NCBI RefSeq assembly: GCF_964355755.1
Contig: NC_092678.1
Location: 13,514,352 to 13,578,351, forward strand
Source of the DNA: Antedon mediterranea
Lineage: Eukaryota > Animalia > Echinodermata
Length of the DNA stretch: 64,000 nt
Direction of reading: 5' to 3'
Position 1 is the stretch's first letter; every line of letters starts with the position of its first letter. The position numbers and the translations under genes are program-made. Shown here piece by piece: positions 40,532-53,590 of this stretch. The notes beneath the pieces are model-generated. The model was not told the DNA's origin, did not search any database, and was given only the letters and a program-made list of their open reading frames with translations.

Positions 40532-42379
40532 GATTTAAACTTATAATTTTTTTGTTCTAAACCTGAATATTTTATATTCGATTTAGCCGGACGGATGTAA
40601 TGTTTGGATTCCAGATAAATGCCCATCTAATATTGTGAACCCCAACTATGCTGACCCAGAAAGGAAGAATAAAATAGACATTGACGAAAGAGTTAAATTA
40701 ATAAACGTTGGTGCGAATTCTACAATTATTTATAATTGTCCCGTAAGAATAGATGAAAATGTTCTGATGATAACTAACAAGAGGCTAGATCACATAGATG
40801 CGTTTGATGTTCTGGTGTCTAACCAAGGACACGGCATATTTCACACTGTAACATCGGTACAACACTTGTGTAAGTGGTTCTTTTAATTTACAATATTATA
40901 TAACATAATAATTGATTATGTTCCTTATTTTTCATTTTCGATAACTTCATTCTGTGTATGGTAAACGAGTTTTGATAATCACTTCAACTTTTGAACATTC
41001 CTTCTTGATCACTCATTCATTCAGTTCCTTTTTGACAATCATACTCTTTATGTCTCTATTTGGCAGTCTGTCGCTCCAGGACAATAAACTAGTCTTTGAT
41101 TTTTCTTCTTCTTCTTCTCTTTCTCTACACATTTTCTATTTCTTTCTTTCACAATTAATGATTTTCCTTCCTTTTTAATTCATGTAATGATCTGTTGAAG
41201 AAAATGTTAAAATTATCTTTATGACATTACATTATAGGGACACACAATATGATTAAAGCAAGATTAGGGAGATTAGATGAAGTATTTGCATATGCAAATT
41301 TCCAAGATCTGTTAGATATCACTCCAATGGTTGATTCAAGTGATACCCCAGATGCTTCGTTTTTGGCAGACGTCATCAATAATCGAGTGTCATATCCAAA
41401 TGAAGACATTGTCATACTCAAAGGTTTTTTGTGTCATTTCATTTTAAAAAGTATTATCATGAATCGTATTTTATGGAAACTGTAAACATAAAAAAGACAC
41501 ATTGTGCCATCGTTGATTGATTTGTCGTCGCGTAATGTTATTTATTTCTTTTTCTAATTACAGACGTTCCTTTTCATAAATGTCTTGGGAGTAGAAATGT
41601 ACCTAGAATAAGTAGCCTTCATTCAACAGTTGTCGTTTTGACTTTTGAAGTAGCAAGTTCCTACGATATATCTGTTGGGACGATAATCGCTCTAGATTCT
41701 ATTGGAAACTTCATCGAATCTGTTGTTGATATTGTTGAAGAGCAAAACGCTACTTTTATTGAAACCATGATTGTCGACTGCAGTAACAAATCCACATGGA
41801 CAGACACGTTAGTTACTTTATGTTTATAATAACATTGGTATGTGGTAGTGTAATAATAAAAATGATCTGAAAGGGTACATTAATGCTTTCTTGCAGCTTG
41901 GCAACAAATCCTTCTGCCGTTATTTCTGAAAAAGCTACACTTGGATGCAGTGGAGGTGAATATGACACAGAAAGACTTTTTATAATCGATGGAAAAATAA
42001 CAAAAGAACAGATAGCCAATGACAGCACAGTTACTGGGCGTGAAACAAGTGGTTTAATCGGAAAGGTACAGTTTTTAACAGTCAAGATACCCAATATTAA
42101 TCTTTAAAATATCTTAATCATATATACTGTCATTATTGAAATTAATGAATGTTAAAAAACAGATTATGAAATTCTAATTTGTTTCTTCCCAGTTTATCTC
42201 ATTTTTATAATATGTATGTATCATTTACCTTAATAGGTTACAGAATATAAAGTTCAAGATAATTTAGTATTTATAGAACTTCTTGTCATACGAGATCATC
42301 AGGAGTTTGGTGACGTCATAAACAATGTTACTGCAAATCGTAAATTGCCAATAGACATACCCTATAGAAAAAACATCCG

Positions 42380-42886
42380 GGATCCCGCCGATATCACGGT
42401 CGGGATCCCGCCGGGATCTCGCCGTGATCCCGATATTTTCGACCGAAATTTTTGGTCGGGAATTTCGGTCGAAAATATCGGGATCCCGATTGACGTCCCG
42501 ATATTTTGGGAATCCCGATTACCCATCCATATCGGGATTTTTATCGGGATTCACGAAAAATCGGGATTTTTGGTCGGGAATTTCGGTCGAAAATATCGGG
42601 ATCTCGAACGACGTCCCGATTTTTGGGATTTCCCGATTACCCATCCCGTATCGGGATTTTCATCGGGATTCACGAAAAATCGGGATTTTTGGTCGGGAAT
42701 TTCGGTCGAAAATATCGGGATCCCGGACGACGTCCCGATCTTTTGGGAATCCCGATTACCCATCCCGTATCGGGATTTTTCATCGGGATTCACGAAAAAT
42801 CGGGATTTTTGGTCGGGAATTTCGGTCGAAAATATCGGGGTCCCGGACGACGTCCCGATCTTTTGGGAATCCCGATTACTCATTCC
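42380..42886 (+). repeat. Left subterminal ~120-bp tandem array (continues 48543-48760)
   Basis: Repeated ATCGGGATTCACGAAAAATCGGGATTTTTGGTCGGGAATTTCGGTCGAAAAT units. Confidence 0.9.
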
Positions 42887-43035
42887 TTAAGGCCTGTTTA
42901 TACTACGACGATAACTATAACTATATATTGTACACGATAATAGTTTTAACGCCGTGTCGCGTTTACACTACAACGATTTTATCGTTCTATGACTCGCGAC
43001 GTACGCGCGTGACGTTTGCCTTTTGTTTCACAATC

Positions 43036-45181
43036 ATGACGGACTCAGAAGACGACGATTATTTGTTATGCCTTCTGCTATATAAAAAAAGGTGTCAACT
43101 GAAAAAAAGAGATCGAAATTTATGGGTTCACCCCATAAATCAATCAAGAGAGACTTATGGTGAATTCCATACGCTTTTTCCCGAACTTATTTGTTATGAA
43201 GACAAATTTCATAGTTATTTCCGAGTATCCCCACAAGGCTTTTATGAAATCCTAGAACTAATCAAAGACGATATCGCAAAAGAAACTACCCAATTTAGAC
43301 CAAGTATTTCTATCGAACAAAGGCTGGCAGTATGCTTGAGGTAAGTATATTTCAATTCATAAAAAAAAAAAAAAACTTTATAGGCCTAGCCTAGGTAGTA
43401 TACACTAGGAAAACTCACATGGTGTACGGTAGCTGGCCTAGGCCTAGTTTAGTTTAGACATGCAACACAGTCACAGTGTCATTACCGTAGTTGAGCATTA
43501 TACCCGAGTCAATTAAGTTTCGACTTGTCTTGTGTCGCTAATATTATAAAGCAATGAAAATGAAATATTGAATTGACATTATTTACAACTGTTTAATAAA
43601 ATTAAAAAGCATAACATATAGGCCTAATTCAAAAAGAATGTAAGAAATGCAATATGGAAGAAAAATTTAGTGTACGAAAAATGTCTTGTTGTTGTTGACA
43701 CAGAGGTCTGGATCTGGATCCTTATACTCAAATAAAGCAGGAAAACTGCATCACACTAGAGTTAAGTTATGATCCGACCTTTTTTCTTTTTTTGGTAAAG
43801 CTTCACATTGACAAAAGTTTCTGTTATGAGATTAATCTATAGCATTATTGTTATGTTTAATTTTCAGGTTCTTGGCCACCGGAGATTCCTATAAAACTAT
43901 AGGTTTCAGTTTCCGTATGGGAAAGGCTACCGTGTCAACCATTGTAAACGAAGTTTGCTTAAGTCTGTGGAGGCGTCTCCAACCTATATATATGTCATCG
44001 CCGAGTGAACAACAATGGAGGCAGATTGCCGACAGTTTTAATAGGCGATGGCAATACCCAAACTGCATAGGGGCAATTGACGGAAAGCATATATACATCA
44101 AAGCCCCTAACAAGTCAGGCAGTTTGTTTTTCAATTACAAGGGGTCGTTTTCTATCGTTTTGTTGGCCCTTGTAGATGCAGACTACTGTTTTACCGCAGT
44201 CGATATAGGAGCATACGGATCAAATAGGTAATGTTTAATTATGTTCTTTAAACCATCGAATATTTTTATATTAGTTCCTACTTAGTACCGTTACTAAATC
44301 CGTACTCATGTATTTAATAGGTCATTGACAGGCTATTGGTGAACCAACATATAAATGATATAAATGCAATTGACAATCCCAAATAGCAATAAAACATTTA
44401 TTTTTTTCTAATGCATCATAGGTCTATCTTGTGTCCTATTAAAATTATATACAACAATGTTATTGTTACTTATCAGTGATGGAGGAATATTTGCTCACAG
44501 TCAGCTTGGACAAGCTATGGACAGTGGAACATTAAATATTCCAGCCGACAATGAAATACCAGGCATCAACCAAGCATTACCCCATGTTATTGTTGGTGAT
44601 GAAGCCTTTCCATTAAGGAGAAATATAATGCGGCCATTCCCAGGCAAAAACCTTGATGAATCCAAAAGGATTTACAACTACCGCCACTCAAGAGCACGCA
44701 GAATTTCAGAAAATACATTTGGTATTATGGCGACAATATTTCAAATATATCAACGCAAAATTCAACTGCAACCTGACAATGTAGACAAGGTAATTAATGA
44801 GACTAACTAGAATATTGGTATGGGCCTATAATAACAATAATCAAAATTATGGAACAAACTCTAAAAATAGCATTTATTGTCCTTTTACTAAGGTCTTGAT
44901 TATCTGGATTACAGGTTGTAAAAGCTACATGTGTGCTTCACAACTACATGCGCAAGACACAAACAGGAAGTGCTGCATTTCAAATTCATAGTGAAGAATT
45001 TCCAACACTGCCAGAAGCAGGAGCATTGCAAAATCTACAGGCAACTGGAAACAGGGCATCTATTGATGCATTGGTAGTTAGAGACAAGTTTAAAGAATAC
45101 TTTAATTCAGAGCAAGGTCAAGTACCATGGCAGAGATCAAGCTGTTTTGGAACTGCACAGATACAGACTAGCATGCCGTAA
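43036..45181 (+). CDS. Harbinger DDE transposase (HARBI1-like), 4 exons, 414 aa
   Basis: Exons 43036-43340, 43868-44227, 44477-44789 and 44915-45181 join in frame (1245 nt). Motifs LWVHPIN, LRFLATG, CIGAIDGKH, SDGGIF, VGDEAFPL, YNYRHSRARRISENTFG, CVLHNY. Confidence 0.93.
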
Positions 45182-45373
45182 AATATCAAACTGCAATTTT
45201 CTTATATAAATGTGCATTATAAAAATTAAGTTTTAATTTTACTTCAATTTGATTTCGCCTGGAATCGGTCAACAACCTCACATGAAAAACTTTTTACAAA
45301 AAACTGAACTAACGTTATTTAAAAGTAAAGTGAAATTAAAATATCAAATGGCGCTTAGGTGTGTTATAGTTAA

Positions 45374-45796
45374 AGACACCTTCCCTACAATTTGTGACGT
45401 TTTGTAAAAATAATACATATATATTACTTTAAAAACATTAAACCAGGTCATTCCTTGTCTTAAATGTACGTTTTATGGTAAATTATGACAAAAAGTGAGA
45501 AACAATGCACTACCTAATTAGCTCGCGTCGAAGGGACGGAATAGTTGCTGCATTAATTGTCTTTCAATTTTTGCCAGACTCCGTTGTTACAAATTGGGAA
45601 ACACAAAAAAATATCAATCCGCGCGCAATGCATTTTGGGATTTATAGCGAGCCGCTATAATTATTAGAATCAACTTATTTTTCACACTCATTTAAAGATG
45701 AAAAAAGTTATCGCAATAGAACCATATAGTATTATTTTTACATTAAATATAGTTTGTGATCTCAAATTAGACCTAAAAAACGTAGGAAATGGGTCT
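45374..45796. mobile_element. Kolobok-type MITE (internally deleted) between the two Harbinger genes
   Basis: TTAA at 45370-45373 and 45797-45800; colinear with 21787-22412. Confidence 0.75.
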
Positions 45797-45858
45797 TTAA
45801 AATATTAAAATAGCTGACAGATTTCAATCATTTCAAAATGTGATAATTATTAAAGTGT

Positions 45859-48277
45859 TCATTCTTCATCCGCAAGTAACTCAATTTCTATTTCTGATAC
45901 AAGTTGCTGAATTTTACGTTTAACTTCGATTTGCTGCCTCTTGGGGAATGATTTTGTTGTCTCTGCCATAGCACAAAAAAATAAATCTACATCGTTCTTT
46001 TCGGTTTTTTTCTTTTTAGCAATTAACTCTATTATTGCTTCATCAACAGCATCTGTTTTCATTGGTCTTTTTGTGCTGCTGCTGGATTGTTTACTTTCTA
46101 CGTCTTCATTAAGATTAGTGGATGTTCTATATAAATTGATAATGAAAGTATACATTAGTAAAGTATGTAAATCCAGAGTAGACTGATGATAGTTTGCATT
46201 TATGTACAGAATTGTCTTTCAGTATGTACAGTGGGCTACAGTATAGTAATATAAACAATTAAATCAGTCAATGTACATAGAAAATCAACTTTGTTTTCTG
46301 TCCATGTGGTGTACAACTTATTGTTTCTAAAATAAATTTCCTGTACATGAATTAAATACCTTGAATACAGTAAAATGTGATAACAAAAAACAGTGAATTA
46401 ACAAATATCTATTTCATGATATACTTCAGCATGTGAATATTTTGTTATTACGATAAATGAATAAAAAAAAAAAAAAACAATTAACTTAAAGTTACAGAAA
46501 GAAAACAAATTTCAACTTACTCCCTAGATTTTAAGAAAGGGTCCAAAAACCCAAGGATGTTTGCATACTTATATGCTTTTGATTGTTTGGCCTCATCACC
46601 ACTTTTTTGTTTTTTCCGCTTGCTATTCATGAAAGCATCCCTGATATTACCCCATTTTTTTTGGGCTTCATCACCTGCGAAGGAAACAAAATCCTAGTAG
46701 TAGTAGTAGTAGTAGTAGTAGAAGTAGTAGTAGTTAGTTATTACTTTATAAATGGTTATGTTTCGCCATTGTCAGGTAGCGTACTGTAGCCGGGCCTTAT
46801 AGGATACACATTCAGTAATACTAATATAATATATTATTATTAACCTAGGCATATAGGTGGTAAATATAAACCCCACTGAATGTGTATCCTGCTACAGTAC
46901 GCTACCTGACAATGGCAAAACATTTATAAAGGAATAACTTTTACATAAAACAAAAGAAATTTGAAAAGTTTTCATTCTAGCATTATAGGATAATCATCTA
47001 TGCTGTCTTTGATAAAAAAATTAATTTTAAAAATACACTAAAATATTAACGTCATGATCAATAAACACAATAAAATCGTTATTATATTATTGCTCTTACT
47101 AATCATGACGTCATTTGATTGGACGTGTGAAAGTAAGGCAGCATAGATGGTTATACTAGGCTATATAGTTATAGGATAAAAACTTTTTTGATTTATTTTA
47201 CTTTAGTATTCACTCTAGTAACTAGTAGTAACAGGGCCCTTAGGCTATTATTAGGGTTTTAGCTACTAGTTAGGTACTTAGGAATAGCTAGGCTAGCTTG
47301 CCTCTAGGATAGGTAGCTAGGCCCACACAGTGACTAGCCTATTAATAATTATTAGGCATAGTAGTAGGCCTACTAGTCTTATTAATTAGCCTAGCTAGTA
47401 GCTAGGCCTAGCTAGCCTTACCTAGAGGGCATCTAGGGTAGGCGGCCTCCTCTAGCCTAGCCTAGTACTAAGTAGTACTAGGCATAGGAGGCCTACCTAG
47501 CAGCTAGGAATATGCTAAGGTATGCCTATGCTAGCTACTAGTACTAGGTACTATCTAGCCTAGGCTAGTAGGCCTAGGATCAAGGCCTCTATCTAGTAGT
47601 AGGATAGGCTCCTAGCTAGCCTAGGCCTAGCTAGTACAGTAAGCTTCAGCTAGCCTAGAGGCCTAGCTAGTAGGTAGGCTAGGCCTAGCCTACCTGGTAG
47701 TAGTAGTAATATCCTAAATAATTAAATTATTAGGATGAGGTTTAGTTTAGGCCTAGTAGGCCTAGATAATCTACCTAGGGCCAGGCCTAGGCCCTATTAC
47801 TCTAGGCCTAGCTAGGCTAGGTCCTCATAGCCAGTATAGCTAGCTACTAGCCTAGCTAGCTAGGCTAGGCCCTATGCTATATGCTTTAATACTAGGCTAG
47901 GCCTATATGAGACTAGCCTAGGCCTATGTAGCACAGGCGGTCTAGTCTAGCATAGGGGGCCAGGCTATGTATCTCCTCGGGCCTACCTACCTAGCCTAGT
48001 AGCCTAGGCCTACCTAGCCTAGCCTAGTTAGGCCTAACTAGGCTAGGCCTAGCCTAGTAGGCCCTAGACTAGGGTTAGGCCTAGTAGTAGGTGACCAATC
48101 CAAATGGGAACAAATTATGTTATGCCTACCTGTCAAACCAATCTCTACGCCAATTGCATTCCATATATCTTTTTTTTTAATTACATTTTTATAATTCGCG
48201 TCAGATTTGTTGAACAGCACCTCATTTTCTTGTACAAGGAGGATTAATGTTTCGTCTAGGCCCATAGACGACTCCAT
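45859..48277 (-). CDS. Harbinger accessory Myb/SANT-like (MADF) + BESS-motif DNA-binding protein, 3 exons, ~189 aa
   Basis: Exons 48277-48130, 46674-46521 and 46126-45859 join in frame (570 nt): LILLVQENEVLFNKSDANYKN..KKDIWNAIG..AQKKWGNIRDAF..YKYANILGFLDP..DVDLFFCAMAETTKSFPKRQQIEVKRKIQQLVSEIE. Confidence 0.88.
46737..46938. repeat. ~200-bp palindromic MITE-like element in MADF intron 1
   Basis: GCCATTGTCAGGTAGCGTACTGTAGC..GGATACACATTCAGT is mirrored by ACTGAATGTGTATCC.GCTACAGTACGCTACCTGACAATGGC. Confidence 0.7.
47210..48092. repeat. Aperiodic CTAG/AGGCCT/TAG-rich low-complexity tract
   Basis: Built almost entirely from CTAG, TAGGCCTA, AGCT and TAGTA words. Confidence 0.85.
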
Positions 48278-50672
48278 CGCGATTGACTCTCGATGATATC
48301 TGTCTGATTTTTTTTTGGCGCTTGCCATAAATAAAGCTCTCTGATTGGTTGAAATATTTTTATCGTTCGCGTCCAATAAAAATATCGCTCATGCAAGCGG
48401 TATGTAAAACTATCTTTTTATCGTAAACGATAGAATCGTATAGTTATCGTCCTAGTGTGAACGGTTCTATTGATTTTAACTTAAGCGATTTTTTTCTATC
48501 GTGTATAGTTATAGTTATCGTCGTAGTATAAACAGGCCTTTATCGGGATTTTTATCGGGATTCACGAAAAATCGGGATTTTTGGTCGGGAATTTTGGTCG
48601 ATCATCGGTGAAATTGTAATCGGGATAATGCGCAAAAACGAACGGGATTTTTAACCGGGATATCGATCGGGATCCCGCCAAGAACCCCGATCTATACCCC
48701 GGTTAAAATTCGTTTTTGCGCATTATCCCGATTAAAATTTCGCCAAAAAATCGAGATGTAAATTTAAGACGACTATGCCGAATACATTTAATCCCGCCAA
48801 AATTTAGACTTATAAATAGAAAATCCTGGTCGGTACTCCCGTTCTGAAATACTGTGATTCTACCGAACTCTTTACGCCATGAAGGAAAGACATCTAGAAA
48901 TTAAAAGAAATCTGTTATAAAAGTAAATATACAAATTTCATTACGGTAATATTGTGCTTAAATCTTACACTAAAATGATGATTAAACTGATTCATTGTTA
49001 TCGGTAGTAATTGGCAACATTTTGGTTGTCTGATATTTTTTTCTTTTATTTCAGAATAAAATATGTGATAAGTTTTTTGTTTTACTAACAATGTCCATTA
49101 TTTATTCTAAATAATTATTTGTATTAATATCGTAAATGATTGAACACCGATCTGCCGATGTAAGATAATATGTCATAGTAATACAATATAGCCAAAAAAT
49201 ATGAGATTTTCAAAACCCTCTGCAATACTCATCCGGCATTATTATCAGTGTTCCATCTTTTACGATTTGTTGTTTATGATTTAATAACGAGTTAAAACAA
49301 CACTTTGGAGTTTTTTATATTATTGAATAGGTTTTCATTGTTTTTACGATATTGGATGACCAAGTTGAGTTTTGTTAACTTGTTGAGGGTATTAAGCTAT
49401 TGGAAAGACAGTAATTTGTAACAGACGGTAAGTTATTATTTGATTAGGGTTAATGTTGTTTTTGCTTTGAATTGAGTTATTTTTGTTTTAAATACATGTA
49501 CCAGCAGTATTAATTCTAAAGACAGTTTACTTTATGTACCACACCTTTTGCTGCGCCGCCACGGCTACTTTGATCGTTATATAGTTACATTATTATATCA
49601 TTATTTAACACCTCATCTTTAGTAATACTAACAACGAGTTGATTTCTTATCGTATTATTATCATCACACTTACCTTACTATGTTTACGTTTTACACCATA
49701 CCTTTCGATTAACATGTTTATGACCAAGTTGAGTTGCTTTAATATGTTGAGGGTATTACGCTATTGGTTTACCAGCTGATGAGTGCAATATGCACTCCTG
49801 CATAGACAATGCATGTTTCGTTTTATGCAGGAGATCCAATCAATAGCCACCTCCCTAACTGTAAGGATCGAAACAGCCATAACATCATCGATAATATTTC
49901 CAATTAATAAATTCTCAGTAATTAATGTAAAACAACACTTTTTAAAAAGTAATTTTCGAACATTTTCTAAACAAATTAAATGAAGGTGATGATATGGTTG
50001 TCCTGGGATAAACCCATTTCAATTTCAAAAAGTGTTTTTCATCTAATGTTGTTTTTGCAATGACTCCTACAAATATAACGAAAAGCGCAATATATTATAT
50101 ATAGGCCTAATCAGATACGTATGTGTTTTTTTGTTTACCGTTTATACGTTTACAATTAGTAATTACATTTCTTTTAAAAACAATAATCCTTCAAATTCTA
50201 AATAGATAGCCTATAGGCCTAAGTATAACTTACCTTAGAAAATATTTTGCCCCTTTACAATCATAAATATTCTGATCGTGTTATTTATAGGCCTAGTTTA
50301 CCCATTCATTTATAGGCCTAGGTCTAGTAGTAGGCTAACCTAGCTTGCCTGTTCCTTCTTCATCATCATTCATCGGATCCTCAATTTTTCCGAATTAGGC
50401 CTAGCCTAGGCTATAGATATTGATAGGAATAGGCCTACTACTACTAGGCCTATTAGTACTTCTCATCTGCCTGTTTACTCCGAGTTCAAGTCCTTTTTAA
50501 TTTTACACAAAGCAATATTCATAATATTATTAAGTATGGTGGTGTACGATAAACATTTATTAATTAATATGCACAAAATAGTTTTCCCATTGTGTCTGGA
50601 GAGACCAAAATAACAATACTGTAATATATAGGCCTATTAAAGCTTAGTATCAAAGGCCTAGTATCAAATAGG

Positions 50673-50731
50673 CGACGCACGGGAGCGGGCCTACGACGCA
50701 CGGGAGCGGGCCTACGACGCACGGGAGCGGG
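50673..50731 (+). repeat. 21-bp GC-rich tandem repeat, ~3 copies
   Basis: CGACGCACGGGAGCGGGCCTA. Confidence 0.85.
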
Positions 50732-51272
50732 GTCGGTTGTAGACTAGACTGATGATGAGGAAGGAGAGGAGGCAGGCTAAAATACTGTACTTTTTTGACT
50801 TGTAATATATGCTCCACAAATATGAGCTTCTAGGCCCTATATTTCAACTAAAGGAGCCACTATGATAGGGTATAACAATAAGGTGTAATTAATAAATAAT
50901 CACAACGAATAAATCTATGAATTTATCAAAAACACCTACGGTTTGAATGCGTTGTACGTCATCGCTAGCCGGCCAGAATTGCTGTGGTCTGGTTACAAAT
51001 TTAAATCAAGGCGGGAAAGAGATGCGCGCGTGCGTACGCAAGTTCCCATCGCGCGCTGCGTGCTATTTTCACAAGCACGTTCTTAAAATTATTATTTTGT
51101 TATGATAATTAATTACAGGCCATACTAACGTGTCTAATTACAACTCCTGGTGTGATGCTGTTACTCTGGAGTACTAATCTTAGGCCTATGTCAAAATAAT
51201 ACAAACAAAATTGTAAATTTAAGGGTTTTTACTTAGGAAATCCCATTCCATAAAACAATGAATGCTTAAAGC

Positions 51273-51643
51273 TGTCGTCAAGACACCCACTTTCCGCTAG
51301 AACTTCCTACGCCTAAAGAGTCGAGTCAGTTTCTAAATATAGATCTTGGTACCTGCTTTACAGTCTACACAAAGAGATGCCGACAATTAAAGCCGTCCAA
51401 CAAGCCAGACCACGTGACTTTTTCAATGAACTAAACGAGGAGACTGCAGCATTCCTTTCTATGTCGTCAAGACAACCACTTTCCGCTAGAACTTTCCACG
51501 CCTAAAGAGTCGAGTCAGTTTCTAAATATAGATCTTGGTACCTGCTCTACACAAAGAGATGCCGACAAAAAGCCGTCCAACAAGCCAGACCACGTGACTT
51601 TGTGAATGAACTGAACGAGGAGACTGCAGCATTCCTTTCTATG
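51273..51643 (+). repeat. ~190-bp tandem duplication
   Basis: TGTCGTCAAGACA..CACTTTCCGCTAGAACTT...GCAGCATTCCTTTCTATGT occurs twice. Confidence 0.85.
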
Positions 51644-53084
51644 TTGACACTTTCAGGCGTATGGTGTAATAACATGGTACATGTATAATCAACCCCTAGA
51701 TATGCTTGGTAAATTGTAGATAAATGAATTCTACTACAAATAAAATATTGTGTATTTATTATTAAATAAATAAACGTCCGTGTACGTTTATTCCAAGATG
51801 TTCTATTGAGGAGTGGAGTGGTTCCCTATTCAAAGCGGGGCGTTTATTCGAATAATTCTTTTTCCACTAGAAAATACACATTTAATACACATTCATATAT
51901 ATATATATATATTAAAATGGAAAATAAAAAACAATGTACAAAAATACAAAAAAAAAAATTCCTTTTGCCATTTTGACAAATTAATACGCCCTGTTGCATT
52001 TATTATGACGGATACAAGACGATTAGGCCTACTCTTAATTTTCTCCTTTTAGTGATTGGATCAATCTCATATTAGGTACGAAAGTCAAAAATCATTTCAT
52101 TTGTCTTTTTATTATAATATCGAGATAATTGTTTTGCACCAGTTAGCAAATTCATTTCTATATACCCGTGTAATCTGCATATTTCACTATAATAATTACC
52201 ATTCTAGAATAAAGCTATAACAGTCAATGACAACATCAACATTTTATTCATTTAATAACGTATTCAATATTAAACGTTCAAAGCACTTCAAGACGTAGGC
52301 CTACGTCCGGGCCATTGGACGGTATATTCATTGCAGCAAGACACTTGGGTTGCTGTGAACGTACAGCAACCTCTTAGAAATTGCAGGATTTGTTTAAACA
52401 TTATTTTTAACAAATTAGTATTAAAAAAAACTGGGTTTATTCCCAGGACAGCCATCATCATCATCATCATGTGTTTTATAAATAATTAATCTTTGCTGGA
52501 AACAATTCAGAAAATACCTCATAAATGTTTTTAAAATAAAAGCTTACTATTGATGATGCATGGCTGTTTCGATCCTTAATGTTATTGGAGGTAACTATTG
52601 ATCGGATCTCCTGCATAAAACGAAACATGCATTGTCTATGCAGGAGTGCATATTGCACTCATCAGCTGGTAAACCAATAGCGTAATACCCTCAACATATT
52701 AAAACAACTCAACTTGGTCATAAACATGTTAATCGAAAGGTATGGTGTAAAACGTAAACATAGTAAGGTAAGTGTGATGATAATCGATAAGAAATCAACT
52801 CGTTGTTAGTATACTGAAGATGAGGTGTTAATAATGATATAATAATGTGATTAACTATATAACGATCAAAGTAGCCGTGGCGGCGCAGCAAAAGGTGCGG
52901 TACATAAAGTAAATTGTCTTTAGAATTAATACTATTGTACAAAGGAATGCACGGCTGGTTTGATCATTAGTACATGTATTTAAAACAAAAATAACTCAAT
53001 TCAAAGCAAAAACAACATTAACTGTAATAAAATAATAACTTACCGTCTGTTACAAATTACTGTATTACCCAATGAAATTAAAAT

Positions 53085-53590
53085 ACTGCGTACAAAATCC
53101 CGATGTTGCGTACAAAATCCCGCCAATCCTGATGTTGCGTACAAAATCCCGTGTCTACAAACACAATCCTGTCGATCCCGATCTTGCGTACAAAATCCCG
53201 TAATTTTATAAACAAAATCCCACCAATCCCGATGTTGCGTATAAAATCCCGATCTTGCGTACAAAATCCCGTAATTTTATAAACAAAATCCCGCCAATTT
53301 CGATGTTGCGTACACAATCCCGATGTTGCGTAAAAAATCCCGATGTTGCGTACAAAATCCCGTAATTTTATAAACAAAATCCCGCCAATCCCGTTGTTGC
53401 GTACAAAATCCCGCAGTCTAAAAACACGATCCCGATATTGCGTACAAAATCCCGCAATTCTTAAAAAAATCCCGTCTATCCCGATATTGCGAAAAAAAAA
53501 TCCCGAGTTCGTCCCGGTGGGATCGTCTAATCCCACCGGGATCGGCCGATCCCGGTGGGATTCCACCGCATCCCGATCGGGATCCCGATC
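53085..53590 (+). repeat. Right subterminal repeat array of the CACTA-like element
   Basis: Repeated CCCGATGTTGCGTACAAAATCCC units. Confidence 0.9.

Larger units (their letters stand above)
42890..48539. mobile_element. Autonomous-looking PIF/Harbinger transposon (5650 bp)
   Basis: Perfect 36-bp TIR AGGCCTGTTTATACTACGACGATAACTATAACTATA. TTA TSD at 42887-42889 and 48540-48542. Carries two convergent genes. Confidence 0.95.
49408..53063. repeat. Internal long inverted repeat (arms ~49408-50015 and ~52430-53063)
   Basis: ACAGTAATTTGTAACAGACGGTAAG / CTTACCGTCTGTTACAAATTACTGT; mirrored MQYALLHRQC ORFs in the track. Confidence 0.85.

Noticed and set aside
42345-43035. Long overlapping ORFs (181, 306 N-terminal part, 144 and 110 aa)
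   Set aside because: Translations of the subterminal tandem repeat. Only the part from ATG 43036 is the transposase exon.
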